Assembly: GCA_965279035.1 (NCBI GenBank)
Contig: OZ257142.1
Span: forward strand, 1,856,001 to 1,920,000
Reading direction: 5' to 3'
Length of the DNA stretch: 64,000 bases
From: Bacteroidia bacterium
GTDB taxonomy: Bacteria; Bacteroidota; Bacteroidia; M30B66
This document shows positions 20,670 through 30,182 of the stretch, in pieces. The translations under genes were made by a program, and so were the position numbers. Below the pieces are notes generated by a model. It made no database searches, was not told the origin of the DNA, and saw only the letters and a list, made by a program, of their open reading frames with translations. How positions within the stretch are numbered: the stretch's first letter is position 1; each line of letters starts with the position of its first letter.

Positions 20670-20825
20670 TTACTTTCTTGTCTTGAAACAAGAAAGTAAC
20701 CAAAGAAGTTCAAGTCTGGACGATGCTGCTTGCGCTCAAAGCCTTTTTTCGACCATTCTGCAAAGACAATCATTTTTCTAATCAAAGTCGAAACACACCC
20801 TCGCCGCCCAGACTTAGCCATCGCA
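20670..20825 (+). repeat. Structured REP/MITE-like intergenic element with H-type pseudoknot potential
   Basis: 12-bp stem TTACTTTCTTGT/ACAAGAAAGTAA; loop CTTGAA complementary to TTCAAG (20709-14); outer stem AAGTCTGG/CCAGACTT; inner TTTCGAC/GTCGAAA. Only one copy in the window. Confidence 0.5.
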
Positions 20826-20867
20826 CTGATCCGTATCTAAACTTAATTTTAATTTAATATAATTTTA

Positions 20868-21834
20868 TTGAATTAGTCATTTAAGCAATAATCATTTTAT
20901 AAGTATATGGTTCTGCTTTTACCATTCTCATCATTAGATTTTCGAAGATTCCTTCATTCATTTTATGCCTGTTAAATCGATATGTATACTCATCAATATA
21001 AGGCTGTAAATGTCTAACAGAATGATGGACACCTCTAAGCCAAGCTTTAAACATCATTATTGTTCGATGGAGTTCTTTAAAATTCCTTCCTTTCTTCTCA
21101 GACTTTTCTTGAATTAGGTTCGGAAATTCAGACTCCAAGCCTTTATATCCAGCCCATTTATCAGTTCTAACATTCGCATTGGGAGCAATATGATCCCTCA
21201 TAAATTCACTCAAATTCTTTTTGTTAGCTGTCGCCACAACTTTCCCATAGAATCTTGATACGCCTCTTGATTTCTTTTCAATGGCTAGAACTACAACTTT
21301 TTTCTTTCCTTCATTTCTTCCAATGGATTTATCATCTTGTCCTCCAACATATGTTTCATCAACATCAACTTTCCCTTTCATTGGATTTTTCTTACTGCTT
21401 TTCATTGCATTCATAACCTTTTGTTTAAACAACCAACAAGTCTTCTGCCCCAAATCAAGCTTTCTACTTAGCTCAGTACTGCTTATTCCTTTCTTGCTAG
21501 TTGATACATAGAAAACAATATAAAAAGCCTTCAGAATTGAAAATTTACATTTGTGAAACAGTGTTCCAGATGTTGGCGATTCTAAATGCCTGCAAACAGT
21601 GCATTGCCGCTCGTAAAGACTAATGCCTTTACAAAAGTTTTTGTTCTTACATCGTCGACAGGAATAACCATTTGACCATTTCAAATTTGCCAAATATGCG
21701 TAACAACTTTCTTGATTTGGAAACTGAGCCTGAAAATCAAATAATGAAAGGCTTTTAAATTGTGCATTCATATTGTATCTTTTGATTGCCCTAAATTATT
21801 AAAGAAATCAATATTGACTAAACTACTAATTCAA
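20868..21834 (-). mobile_element. Complete IS1595-family insertion sequence (967 bp)
   Basis: 23-bp imperfect TIRs TTGAATTAGTCATTTAAGCAATA / TATTGACTAAACTACTAATTCAA; 8-bp target duplication TAATTTTA at 20860-67 and 21835-42. Confidence 0.92.
20881..21771 (-). CDS. IS1595 family (ISXO2-like) DDE transposase
   Basis: N-terminal Zn ribbon CRRC..CTVC, HTH, VDVDETYVGG, RTDKW..Y, YIDEYTYRFNR. Confidence 0.95.
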   Translation of the reverse strand: MNAQFKSLSLFDFQAQFPNQESCYAYLANLKWSNGYSCRRCKNKNFCKGISLYERQCTVCRHLESPTSGTLFHKCKFSILKAFYIVFYVSTSKKGISSTELSRKLDLGQKTCWLFKQKVMNAMKSSKKNPMKGKVDVDETYVGGQDDKSIGRNEGKKKVVVLAIEKKSRGVSRFYGKVVATANKKNLSEFMRDHIAPNANVRTDKWAGYKGLESEFPNLIQEKSEKKGRNFKELHRTIMMFKAWLRGVHHSVRHLQPYIDEYTYRFNRHKMNEGIFENLMMRMVKAEPYTYKMIIA

Positions 21835-21928
21835 TAATTTTATTTAAAGTCATCTTCAAACATAGAATATTGGCAAATGCGATTAACATTATTGAATAAT
21901 ATAATTAATTTCTAACAGTACAGCTGGT

Positions 21929-22999
21929 TCAATTTGAAGAAGGAATTTCTAAAACCACTTCATCACTTTGTGCGTGACCAGTACAAATCAATACCCAGCC
22001 TTGCATTAAATCATTATCGGTTAGGACTTCGTTTCGAACCATTTCTACTTTTCCTGAAATGCACTTTGCCATGCAGGTACTGCATCGTCCCGATTCACAA
22101 GACCATGGAAGTTCGATGTTGTTTTTTTTAGCGAATGCTAGAATCGTTTCGTTTGAAGGGATTTTTAAATGATACAGTTTGTCTTTGTAAGTGATGTTTA
22201 CTTGACGAATTCGGGTGCTGAATTTTGTTTGGATTTCTGAGGGGATTTCTTGGTAAAATAATTCCTGATGGAAATGTTCCGCAGGTATTCCCACACTGCG
22301 CGAAACAACTTCCGATAAGTACATGTAACTTTCAGGTCCACAAGAAAATACATGTGCATTTGATAAGGGAAAGTTCAAGGCGTTTTGCAAATAATTTTCT
22401 AAGAATTCTCCTGTCAAATGGGCATCGAAAATGTTTTTAGCATCACTAAGAAACCAATGAATTTGAAGTTGATTTGGAAATGAATCAGCAAGTCGATTTA
22501 ATTCATTATAGAAAATACATTCTTCTTTTGATTTACTGCTATAAAGCAAATGCAAGCGAACATTTTTCATCTGGAGTAATGCCGTTTGTAGCATACTCAT
22601 AATGGGTGAAATTCCACTTCCAGCTGCAATAAAAATCAGATCGCAAGGAGTTGTTATTTCAGGTAGTTTGAACTTTCCTGCTGGTTCCAAACACTCGATA
22701 CTATTTCCTAATTGCCAACGATCGAAAATCTCACGCGATCCTTCACCATTACTAATTCGCTTCACTGTGATACGAATCAATTCTTCCCCCGGAAGCGAAG
22801 AAATAGAATAGGAACGTCGAATCGGAAATGTGCTTGGTTTGAGGATAACCGTAAGAAATTGACCAGCAACAAATGTCAATGTTTTGCCATCTATTGGTTT
22901 GAAGTAGATACTCTTGGTGGATGGAGTTTCAAGTTCAATTCGTACAATCTCAAGCAATCGAAATTCACTCAACGTAAACGATGTTTTATTGTCGGACAA
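21929..22999 (-). CDS. FAD/NAD(P)H oxidoreductase with C-terminal 2Fe-2S ferredoxin (PaaE/Hcr-like)
   Basis: RRSYSISS, AAGSGISP, SCGP, CESGRCSTC...C. Confidence 0.9.
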   Translation of the reverse strand: MSDNKTSFTLSEFRLLEIVRIELETPSTKSIYFKPIDGKTLTFVAGQFLTVILKPSTFPIRRSYSISSLPGEELIRITVKRISNGEGSREIFDRWQLGNSIECLEPAGKFKLPEITTPCDLIFIAAGSGISPIMSMLQTALLQMKNVRLHLLYSSKSKEECIFYNELNRLADSFPNQLQIHWFLSDAKNIFDAHLTGEFLENYLQNALNFPLSNAHVFSCGPESYMYLSEVVSRSVGIPAEHFHQELFYQEIPSEIQTKFSTRIRQVNITYKDKLYHLKIPSNETILAFAKKNNIELPWSCESGRCSTCMAKCISGKVEMVRNEVLTDNDLMQGWVLICTGHAQSDEVVLEIPSSN

Positions 23000-24758
23000 G
23001 TCTTAACTGCTCTCCATTTTCAGCAGATAATATATACACACCTGCTGAGGGTAAGTGAATGGTTTCGGAATTCTTTAATTGAAATTCCTGAATGAGTTTT
23101 CCTTGAATCGAATAAAGCTTCATGTTCATTGGTTTTCCTGCATTTTTGACAAATACATCTTCTCCTGATGGTATAGGAAAAGCAGAAATTTTACTTGTGT
23201 TTTCAGATACTTGTTCCATTCCAACAAAGGCACTGAGTTGTGCAATGTGGTTGATTTCAGTACCTAAATGATGAGTAAAAGCTCCTCCAGCATAAAGCAT
23301 AGCTTGATCTACAGATAGACAATAAACAGTAGAATCAAAAACAGCAACGGGTGTTGGAAATTCATCTGGACTATTCCATTTCATGAGGTTCTTACCAAAG
23401 GTCATTAAATCATATTGATCAAAATCTCCTCCTGCATATAACATGTTCGACATGAGTTTAATGGTGTAAATAACTCCGGTGGTGTCGAGTTGGGCAATTT
23501 CGTTCATACCAGTTAAGGAAAGCCAATTACCGCCGCTGTATTGCATCATTCCGTAAACCTGTCCATTTTCCATAAAAGCTCCGGCAGCCGTTGGTTCATT
23601 ATTCCAATTTTCCACGTCGTACACCACAGTTCCGATACCATTTCCAATGGCTTCAGGCAACCCGTTAAATAGTTTGCCAATGTGGTTTGTGTTAACAGCG
23701 CCCGATTGAGTGAATTCTCCTCCGTAAATTAATCCATCGGCGGTTGTTTTGAGACAACGTACAGGACCATTTGGACTCCAGCTTAATGCAACCCATTCGC
23801 TACCATTCCATTTAGCCAAATTACTTCCGCTAGGTAAAGTGAAATCACCAGCAGCATATAAAGTTCCTTCGTGCCATTCAAGATCGTAGATTGTACCATT
23901 GATTGCAGTTCCCATTGGCACCCAAACACCATCTTGAATTCGAGTAATATTCGAAACAGTATGACTTCCAGCTTGACTAAAGTTTCCAGCCGCAATAAGT
24001 TGCTGATTAATCGAATCAAGAGCGTAAACCGGACCATTTGTCCCGCCTGAAGTTTCTGTCCATAGCCAACCTGCAAAACCCGAAATGTAGGTAGCGATAT
24101 GAGCTGCTGGTTGATTATCTGCTTGATTAAAAGCGCCTGCAGCGATGAGTTCTCCGTTTAAGTTTATAATATCGTACACATCGTTGTTGGTTCCATTAAG
24201 CAAAGGAATAACGGTTGTAGTTGGCGGGTAACCAGGTTGAATCCAAGCTAATTCATCTACTGTAAAACCATTCTGTGTTGCCCATTCTACAACTCCATTC
24301 ACTTGAATTTCGCGCACGTAAGCGAGATTTTGTTTCCGACAAATTTCCTGAGCGAGTGCATCTGCTCCGCTTTGTTCCATCAGATAACCAACAGCACAAT
24401 GCGTATTGTAATGATCAATAAAGACAGGTGTTTGATACGGTGCATGTTCGTTAATGGGGAATTTACCTACTTTACAATAAGCATCTAAAACGCTTAATAA
24501 ATGCATCCGATTGGCTTGCTGAGAAGCAGATAATGTTGAAGTCTTCCGAGCACTTAACACTTGAATCACATTGGATAAATGCAATTGAATGGCTTCATTA
24601 AAATTTTTAACAGAACAGGAATTTATTGACCATTCTTTGGGTAAATCGGTTTGTTTTAATACCTCTTTGTTTACACGCTGCATGCATTGGATAGTAGTTT
24701 CGGATGCAATGAGCGGTTGCATTAAGAAAAAAACAAGAAATGGAAACAGAATTTTCAT
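22986..24758 (-). CDS. T9SS cargo: uncharacterised N-terminal HCAVGYL domain + beta-propeller + type A CTD
   Basis: Signal peptide; PVFIDHYNTHCAVGYLM..ELAWIQPGY; repeated LYA(A/G)G(D/N)F blades; CTD AFPIPS..GVYIL. Confidence 0.8.
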   Translation of the reverse strand: MKILFPFLVFFLMQPLIASETTIQCMQRVNKEVLKQTDLPKEWSINSCSVKNFNEAIQLHLSNVIQVLSARKTSTLSASQQANRMHLLSVLDAYCKVGKFPINEHAPYQTPVFIDHYNTHCAVGYLMEQSGADALAQEICRKQNLAYVREIQVNGVVEWATQNGFTVDELAWIQPGYPPTTTVIPLLNGTNNDVYDIINLNGELIAAGAFNQADNQPAAHIATYISGFAGWLWTETSGGTNGPVYALDSINQQLIAAGNFSQAGSHTVSNITRIQDGVWVPMGTAINGTIYDLEWHEGTLYAAGDFTLPSGSNLAKWNGSEWVALSWSPNGPVRCLKTTADGLIYGGEFTQSGAVNTNHIGKLFNGLPEAIGNGIGTVVYDVENWNNEPTAAGAFMENGQVYGMMQYSGGNWLSLTGMNEIAQLDTTGVIYTIKLMSNMLYAGGDFDQYDLMTFGKNLMKWNSPDEFPTPVAVFDSTVYCLSVDQAMLYAGGAFTHHLGTEINHIAQLSAFVGMEQVSENTSKISAFPIPSGEDVFVKNAGKPMNMKLYSIQGKLIQEFQLKNSETIHLPSAGVYILSAENGEQLRLVRQ

Positions 24759-24864
24759 GACGTATTGATTATTGGAGAAAGATAATGAATGAAGAATGGA
24801 TTGTCAATGCAGAAAATCATTCATATTAGGTTTAATACATTTGGATTTCAAATTTTGAGGTTAG

Positions 24865-26709
24865 ATGCGAAAAGTAGTTTTAGGTTTTATTGGATTGATT
24901 TTTCATTTTCAACTAAGTGCAAATCAACCAGAACGAGTGGAACCAGCGAATTGGTGGGCAGGAATGAAATCTCCGTTTTTGCAAGTCTTGGTAAAAGCTC
25001 CACGTATTTCACAATTGAATGTTCGATTTTCTTATCCGGGTTTGCGTTTGTTGAAGTCTCATCCTGGCGATCATCCTGATTATTTATTTCTCGATTTAGA
25101 ACTTTCGGATCAACTTCAGCCAGGTGATTGTGAGTTTACTTTTTACGATTCTGCTAAACAAGCGAAAAAGCACTATCAATACACCTATCGTTTTCTAAAA
25201 CGCAACGAAGGTTCTGCTCAGCGCAAAGGTTTTTCGGGGAAAGATGTGATTTACCTCATTTGTCCCGATCGTTTTGTGAATGGCGATCAGAGCAACGATT
25301 CCAAACCCGATATGCCTGATAAACTCAATCGGAACGATCCATCAGGGCGACACGGAGGCGATATTCAAGGCATTATTCAATCGCTCGATTATTTACAAAA
25401 CTTGGGTATTACTTCTTTGTGGATTAATCCTTTGGTGGAAAACAATATGCCTCAGCATTCTTATCATGGCTATGCAATTACTGATTTCTACAAAATAGAT
25501 CCACGATATGGTGATATAGAACTTTACCTGAAGCTTGTTCAGGAAGCCAAATTGCGCGGTATATCAATCATTGCAGATCAGGTAGCAAATCATTGTGGTT
25601 CTTCGCATTGGTGGATGAAAGCACTTCCATTTAAAGATTGGATCAATTATTCCGATTCGGCTCAGTTTACCAATCACATGCGCAGCACCTTGCTCGATCC
25701 ACATGCTGTTGCTGATGATCGTACTTTATTCTCCGATGGTTGGTTTGTACCTACCATGCCCGATCTAAACCAGCGAAATTCATTCGTAGCAAACTACCTC
25801 ATTCAAAACAGCATTTGGTGGGTAGAAACTGCTGGATTGGGTGGAATTCGAATGGATACGTATTCCTATCCTGATAAGGCATTCATGAATATTTGGTCAA
25901 AACGAATTATGGATGAATATCCTAACTTTTCGATAGTAGGAGAGGAGTGGTCGGAAAATCCGGCTCTTGTTGCTCAGTGGCAAGCAAAGGATAAAGTTAT
26001 TTCGGGTGAATCGGCTTTACCTTCTTTGATGGATTTTCCACTACAAGCTGCATTAGTCAAAGCACTTACTCAACCCGAAAACTGGAACACAGGCTGGATT
26101 TTACTCTATGAAGCATTAGCAAATGATTTCCAATATCCACATCCCGAAAAGTTGGTGGTTTTTGGTGATAATCATGATATGGATCGTTTTTATTCGCAGT
26201 TGGGTTCGAATCCATCTTTGTTTCGTTTGGGCATGGTGTATTTGCTTACTACACAGCGTATCCCGCAAATTATGTATGGAACTGAAATTCTCATGCGCAA
26301 TGAAAAACATAATAATCATGGAGAAATTCGCAGCGATTTTCCTGGTGGATGGAACGCCGATTCGGTGAATGTCTTTTCTAAGCAAGGGTTATCGACCGAT
26401 CAAATTCAGGCATACGAATTTTTAAGCCGTCTGCTTAACTGGCGTAAATCATCCGAAGTCATCCATTCAGGATCAATGGTTCATTTTGCTCCCCAAAAAG
26501 GGGTTTATGTATATGCGCGTGAAAAGGGAACAAAATCGGTTTTGGTTTTAATGAATAAAGAGAATTCAGAAGTAACGATTGACCTGAGTCGTTTTTCTTC
26601 AATAATTCGTGATCGAAAAATTGCAAAGGATGTTTTGGCAGATCAAGAGATTTCGGTGAGTAAAGAGTTGATAATCTCTCCCATTTCGGCTAAAATAATT
26701 GAATTCTGA
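24865..26709 (+). CDS. GH13 cyclomaltodextrinase/neopullulanase (SusA-like)
   Basis: RVEPANWW N-domain, DQVANH, GIRMDT (nucleophile), VGEEW, NHDMDR; -7 TACATTTG at 24836-43. Confidence 0.93.
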   Translation: MRKVVLGFIGLIFHFQLSANQPERVEPANWWAGMKSPFLQVLVKAPRISQLNVRFSYPGLRLLKSHPGDHPDYLFLDLELSDQLQPGDCEFTFYDSAKQAKKHYQYTYRFLKRNEGSAQRKGFSGKDVIYLICPDRFVNGDQSNDSKPDMPDKLNRNDPSGRHGGDIQGIIQSLDYLQNLGITSLWINPLVENNMPQHSYHGYAITDFYKIDPRYGDIELYLKLVQEAKLRGISIIADQVANHCGSSHWWMKALPFKDWINYSDSAQFTNHMRSTLLDPHAVADDRTLFSDGWFVPTMPDLNQRNSFVANYLIQNSIWWVETAGLGGIRMDTYSYPDKAFMNIWSKRIMDEYPNFSIVGEEWSENPALVAQWQAKDKVISGESALPSLMDFPLQAALVKALTQPENWNTGWILLYEALANDFQYPHPEKLVVFGDNHDMDRFYSQLGSNPSLFRLGMVYLLTTQRIPQIMYGTEILMRNEKHNNHGEIRSDFPGGWNADSVNVFSKQGLSTDQIQAYEFLSRLLNWRKSSEVIHSGSMVHFAPQKGVYVYAREKGTKSVLVLMNKENSEVTIDLSRFSSIIRDRKIAKDVLADQEISVSKELIISPISAKIIEF

Positions 26710-26749
26710 AGCGCATTTTCCCTTCTTTTGTGCGAGAATTTCATGTTAT

Positions 26750-27637
26750 ATGATTCGTTTTATCATTGTTTTTTGTTTGTGTACTATGACGCTTTCGGCT
26801 CAGAAGAAAGTTCCCGGAAATGGTCGAATTCAACGTTTTCCACTCTTCCCATCAAGTCAAGTTGCACCACGCGATATAGATGTTTGGCTACCTGAAGAGT
26901 ATCCGCTAAAAGGACCGTATTCGGTTATCTATATGCATGATGGGCAGAATCTTTTCGACTCTGCTACAGCTTATGGAAATATTCCTTGGAAAGCCGGAGA
27001 AGCTGCATCTTTATTATTACGGAATAAGAAAATTGCACAATGCATCATCGTTGGGATTCACTCTACTGAAAAACGCTTTTTAGAATACAATCCTCAATCA
27101 GTTTTCAAAACACTTCCTGCTACTCTTCAACAAAAGTTGATCACCGAATACCAAGGTGAACCTATTTCGGATGCTTACCTGTTATTTATCGTCAAAGAGT
27201 TAAAGCCTTTTATTGATAATACATTTTACACCAGTCGTTTACAAGAGAATACATGCATTGCTGGTTCCAGTATGGGCGGATTGATTTCTCTTTATGCTCT
27301 ATGTGAATATCCAAACATATTTGGTGTTGCAGGATGTATTTCAACACATTGGCCGGTGAGTTTAAAAATGAATGATGCCCGAATTCCGAAGGCGATAAAA
27401 GCCTATTTAACTAAGAAATTGCCTATGGATGGAAAGCATCGAATTTACTTTGATTACGGTACTGAAACGCTAGATAAACAGTACAAACCGTATCAAAAGG
27501 AAATTGATTTATTGATGAAGGAAAAAGGGTATTCTAAAAAGAATTGGGTAACGAAAGAATTTCCTGGAGCAGCTCATACTGAAGCATCATGGCAAAGCCG
27601 ATTTCCGAGTGTTCTCAAATTTATGTTAGCCAAGTAA
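26750..27637 (+). CDS. Alpha/beta-hydrolase putative esterase
   Basis: YMHDGQNLF, GSSMGG, DYGT, HTEASW; start MIRF at 26750 gives a signal peptide. Confidence 0.88.
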   Translation: MIRFIIVFCLCTMTLSAQKKVPGNGRIQRFPLFPSSQVAPRDIDVWLPEEYPLKGPYSVIYMHDGQNLFDSATAYGNIPWKAGEAASLLLRNKKIAQCIIVGIHSTEKRFLEYNPQSVFKTLPATLQQKLITEYQGEPISDAYLLFIVKELKPFIDNTFYTSRLQENTCIAGSSMGGLISLYALCEYPNIFGVAGCISTHWPVSLKMNDARIPKAIKAYLTKKLPMDGKHRIYFDYGTETLDKQYKPYQKEIDLLMKEKGYSKKNWVTKEFPGAAHTEASWQSRFPSVLKFMLAK

Positions 27638-28501
27638 TCAGGGTTCTGTTTTAATGATAAATGTTGAGTAATACACCATGTTGGGTAACTCAATGTATTT
27701 TTCTATAGAAGATCGAATAGTTACTGTTGTTTCATAAGGAACAGATAAGGACGATTCGGTTGGTTTCCAAGGTTTATCAAAGTTGATAAGCAAAATATCA
27801 CCTTCACCACCACCAACAGGTTTATATCCAGCAGTAGAACCCGGAAATTCCTGAACATTGAATTCACTTTTGAGAATATCGTAACACTTAGATATACTCT
27901 TTGATACAGCCGCAACTTCCACAATTTTCAAAAATTGATCGGAAGAAAAGTCACCCGTTACTTCTGTTCCAAATTCCTTACGAGCAACCAACTCTACGAT
28001 ATTTCCTGTAGGATCTTCGAAATAAATAGAACGTGCATTTTGTGCAGGATTCGAAACGATTTCAGCTCCAGTTGTTTCGTCTTTTAGGATGTTTACCGGA
28101 CTGCTTGGACCGTTGAGGTATTTTCCATTTGGATTTTTAAGCCAATCCAAAGTCTTTTCTATTTGATTTTTAGGAATCAAAATGCTGAAATGATTAACAA
28201 TAGGATCGCCGCTAGCTAATAAATTAAATGTTAATCGGGAATTCCCAAGCTTCACTGTAAAGCCATGAAGTGTAGTATCGATGACTTGCAAGTGCAAGGA
28301 GCCTTCCCAAAATTCACGCGACTTTTCGACATTATTTGTCTTGATTTCTAATTCTTTAATTTCTAAAGATTGCGAAGGATAATCGATTGTTTTTAAATCT
28401 TCCTTTTTACATGAAGAATAAACACAAGTCAATGCGATCGTAATCAAACTAAGGATTACAAAACTTTTATATTGAACAAACTGCTTTCTTAAGATACTCA
28501 T
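27638..28501 (-). CDS. VOC/glyoxalase-like lipoprotein
   Basis: Lipobox VYSS-C then KKED; HFSILIP and SIYFEDPTGNIVEL VOC motifs. Confidence 0.75.
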   Translation of the reverse strand: MSILRKQFVQYKSFVILSLITIALTCVYSSCKKEDLKTIDYPSQSLEIKELEIKTNNVEKSREFWEGSLHLQVIDTTLHGFTVKLGNSRLTFNLLASGDPIVNHFSILIPKNQIEKTLDWLKNPNGKYLNGPSSPVNILKDETTGAEIVSNPAQNARSIYFEDPTGNIVELVARKEFGTEVTGDFSSDQFLKIVEVAAVSKSISKCYDILKSEFNVQEFPGSTAGYKPVGGGEGDILLINFDKPWKPTESSLSVPYETTVTIRSSIEKYIELPNMVYYSTFIIKTEP

Positions 28502-30090
28502 TTGCGTTTTGCCTTTTGTTTTGCTTGTAGTTTCGCTTTTTGTTTGGCTCTAGAAAGTTTCTTTTTCTCCGACTTGGTTAATTTGACCTTTTTAGTTTGT
28601 GTAAAGTATTCAGGAACTGTATCGTCTTGAGAATAATCACGATCTAAAGCGAAACTCAACCCAACACGAATCACAGGACTTGCTTCCCACACTTCGCCTT
28701 CTAAATATCCGCGCGTTTTATAACCAGCTTGGAAAGCCAGCGACATTGGGTGAATCCAATCTTTGGTTAAAAGTAGATTTCCGCTTAAAATGGCAGCTCC
28801 TCCCCAATTAATGGGAAGTGATGATTGTGCAATCCAATCTTTAAAGAAATAGCGTTGTTTCCAAATGCTAACATGCGCATTGAGACTGAAGTTAGTGCTT
28901 CTTTTTAGATTGAAGATTTTAACACCACCACCATATGATTCGGAGAAATTTCCTGTTCCGATTCGGCTATAAAGCTGAATCATTTGACAATGTTTTGTTA
29001 GTGTGAGCGAAGGAATCCATTCAGGACCAAACGGTGTAAATCCTAATCGAACCCAAGGCAAAGCATATTTTCCATATCCCAATTTGATAGCTGGTGTAGC
29101 CATCGAATCTTGTCCTTGAATCATGTATTTATAAAACACACTATATAATGCAGTATAGAACGTTGGATTGGTAAAAGTAGCAATGGCGTAATCTCGTTTT
29201 AGATCGCTTGCTTTGTATTTGTAGTCGCTATAAAAACCAAATTGTCGGTTGGTATAATACAGCCAATTACCAGCTGCTGAATTTCCAGGTTCTTGGTTTG
29301 AAGATAATGATAGAACGCTTGCTAAACCAGCCATTTGCGCCCGAACCAAATGAAGTGATTCTCGGTAGTTGAGCGATTTTCTTTGCATCCACCTTAATGA
29401 AATCTGATCAGAAGCAATCGATCCTGCATCCAAGGCGGCTCCTGATATTTGAGCTAATTGCATGCGTGAAGCTTGATCTTCAATTACCGGCCTATCGTAT
29501 TTCATGCTACCAACCGGTTTCCATAATGCAAGCGGGTAGGGCGGTGTGAATGAATAGCCAACTCCTTTCAGCTTAAACTCACGTGTTCTTCCCATCGATC
29601 CAAAGAAATCTTCTTCAGCCGATAGTAAGAGTGATTCAATAGGTGCATCAATCAAAAAGATTTTTCCAAAACGATACAAAATTGACCAGGTAACTTCCGA
29701 TCGTGTGGTATCACCTCGCCAACGGACAGGTAAGATCGAATCTTCCCAAGCGCTCAACTTTTTTTCAAGTGTTAAAACAGATGGAATACCTGCATTGGCA
29801 GTCATTGGCCAATCTAACAATACATTGTATTGAATGCGATCGCTGTATTGAATTTTGAATTTTCTAATTTTTCGTGCTGGGCGAGGTGGGCGTAAAACAG
29901 CACCATCTTTTAGTACACGTTGATTTTTTTCTTTAAAAAGTGAATCACGCCAAAACTCAGTCGTATCAACGCGTATCGTATCTTTTTTAGGCTTTATTGT
30001 ATCACGAAAAGTAGCTTGTGTACGGTTAGGTACCTGAGCTTTGCTTATCAGTGGGGAAATAAGGATTATCAGGAGGAGAATTCTTCTCAT
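28498..30090 (-). CDS. Exported hypothetical protein, probable C-terminal beta-barrel plus Lys-rich tail
   Basis: Signal peptide; amphipathic beta-strands ending VIRVGLSFAL; tail KKVKLTKSEKKKLSRAKQKAKLQAKQKAKRK. Confidence 0.6.
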   Translation of the reverse strand: MRRILLLIILISPLISKAQVPNRTQATFRDTIKPKKDTIRVDTTEFWRDSLFKEKNQRVLKDGAVLRPPRPARKIRKFKIQYSDRIQYNVLLDWPMTANAGIPSVLTLEKKLSAWEDSILPVRWRGDTTRSEVTWSILYRFGKIFLIDAPIESLLLSAEEDFFGSMGRTREFKLKGVGYSFTPPYPLALWKPVGSMKYDRPVIEDQASRMQLAQISGAALDAGSIASDQISLRWMQRKSLNYRESLHLVRAQMAGLASVLSLSSNQEPGNSAAGNWLYYTNRQFGFYSDYKYKASDLKRDYAIATFTNPTFYTALYSVFYKYMIQGQDSMATPAIKLGYGKYALPWVRLGFTPFGPEWIPSLTLTKHCQMIQLYSRIGTGNFSESYGGGVKIFNLKRSTNFSLNAHVSIWKQRYFFKDWIAQSSLPINWGGAAILSGNLLLTKDWIHPMSLAFQAGYKTRGYLEGEVWEASPVIRVGLSFALDRDYSQDDTVPEYFTQTKKVKLTKSEKKKLSRAKQKAKLQAKQKAKRK

Positions 30091-30182
30091 GCGTTCTTGT
30101 GGGCGGATACAAAACTATCCAAACTCTACGAAATTCAAACATTTAAGTAAGGGAGTTTCCAACAGTCTCAAATTCAGGGAAA

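Noticed and set aside
24865-27637. Starch polysaccharide utilisation locus
   Set aside because: Only a GH13 and an esterase; no SusC/SusD pair or regulator in the window
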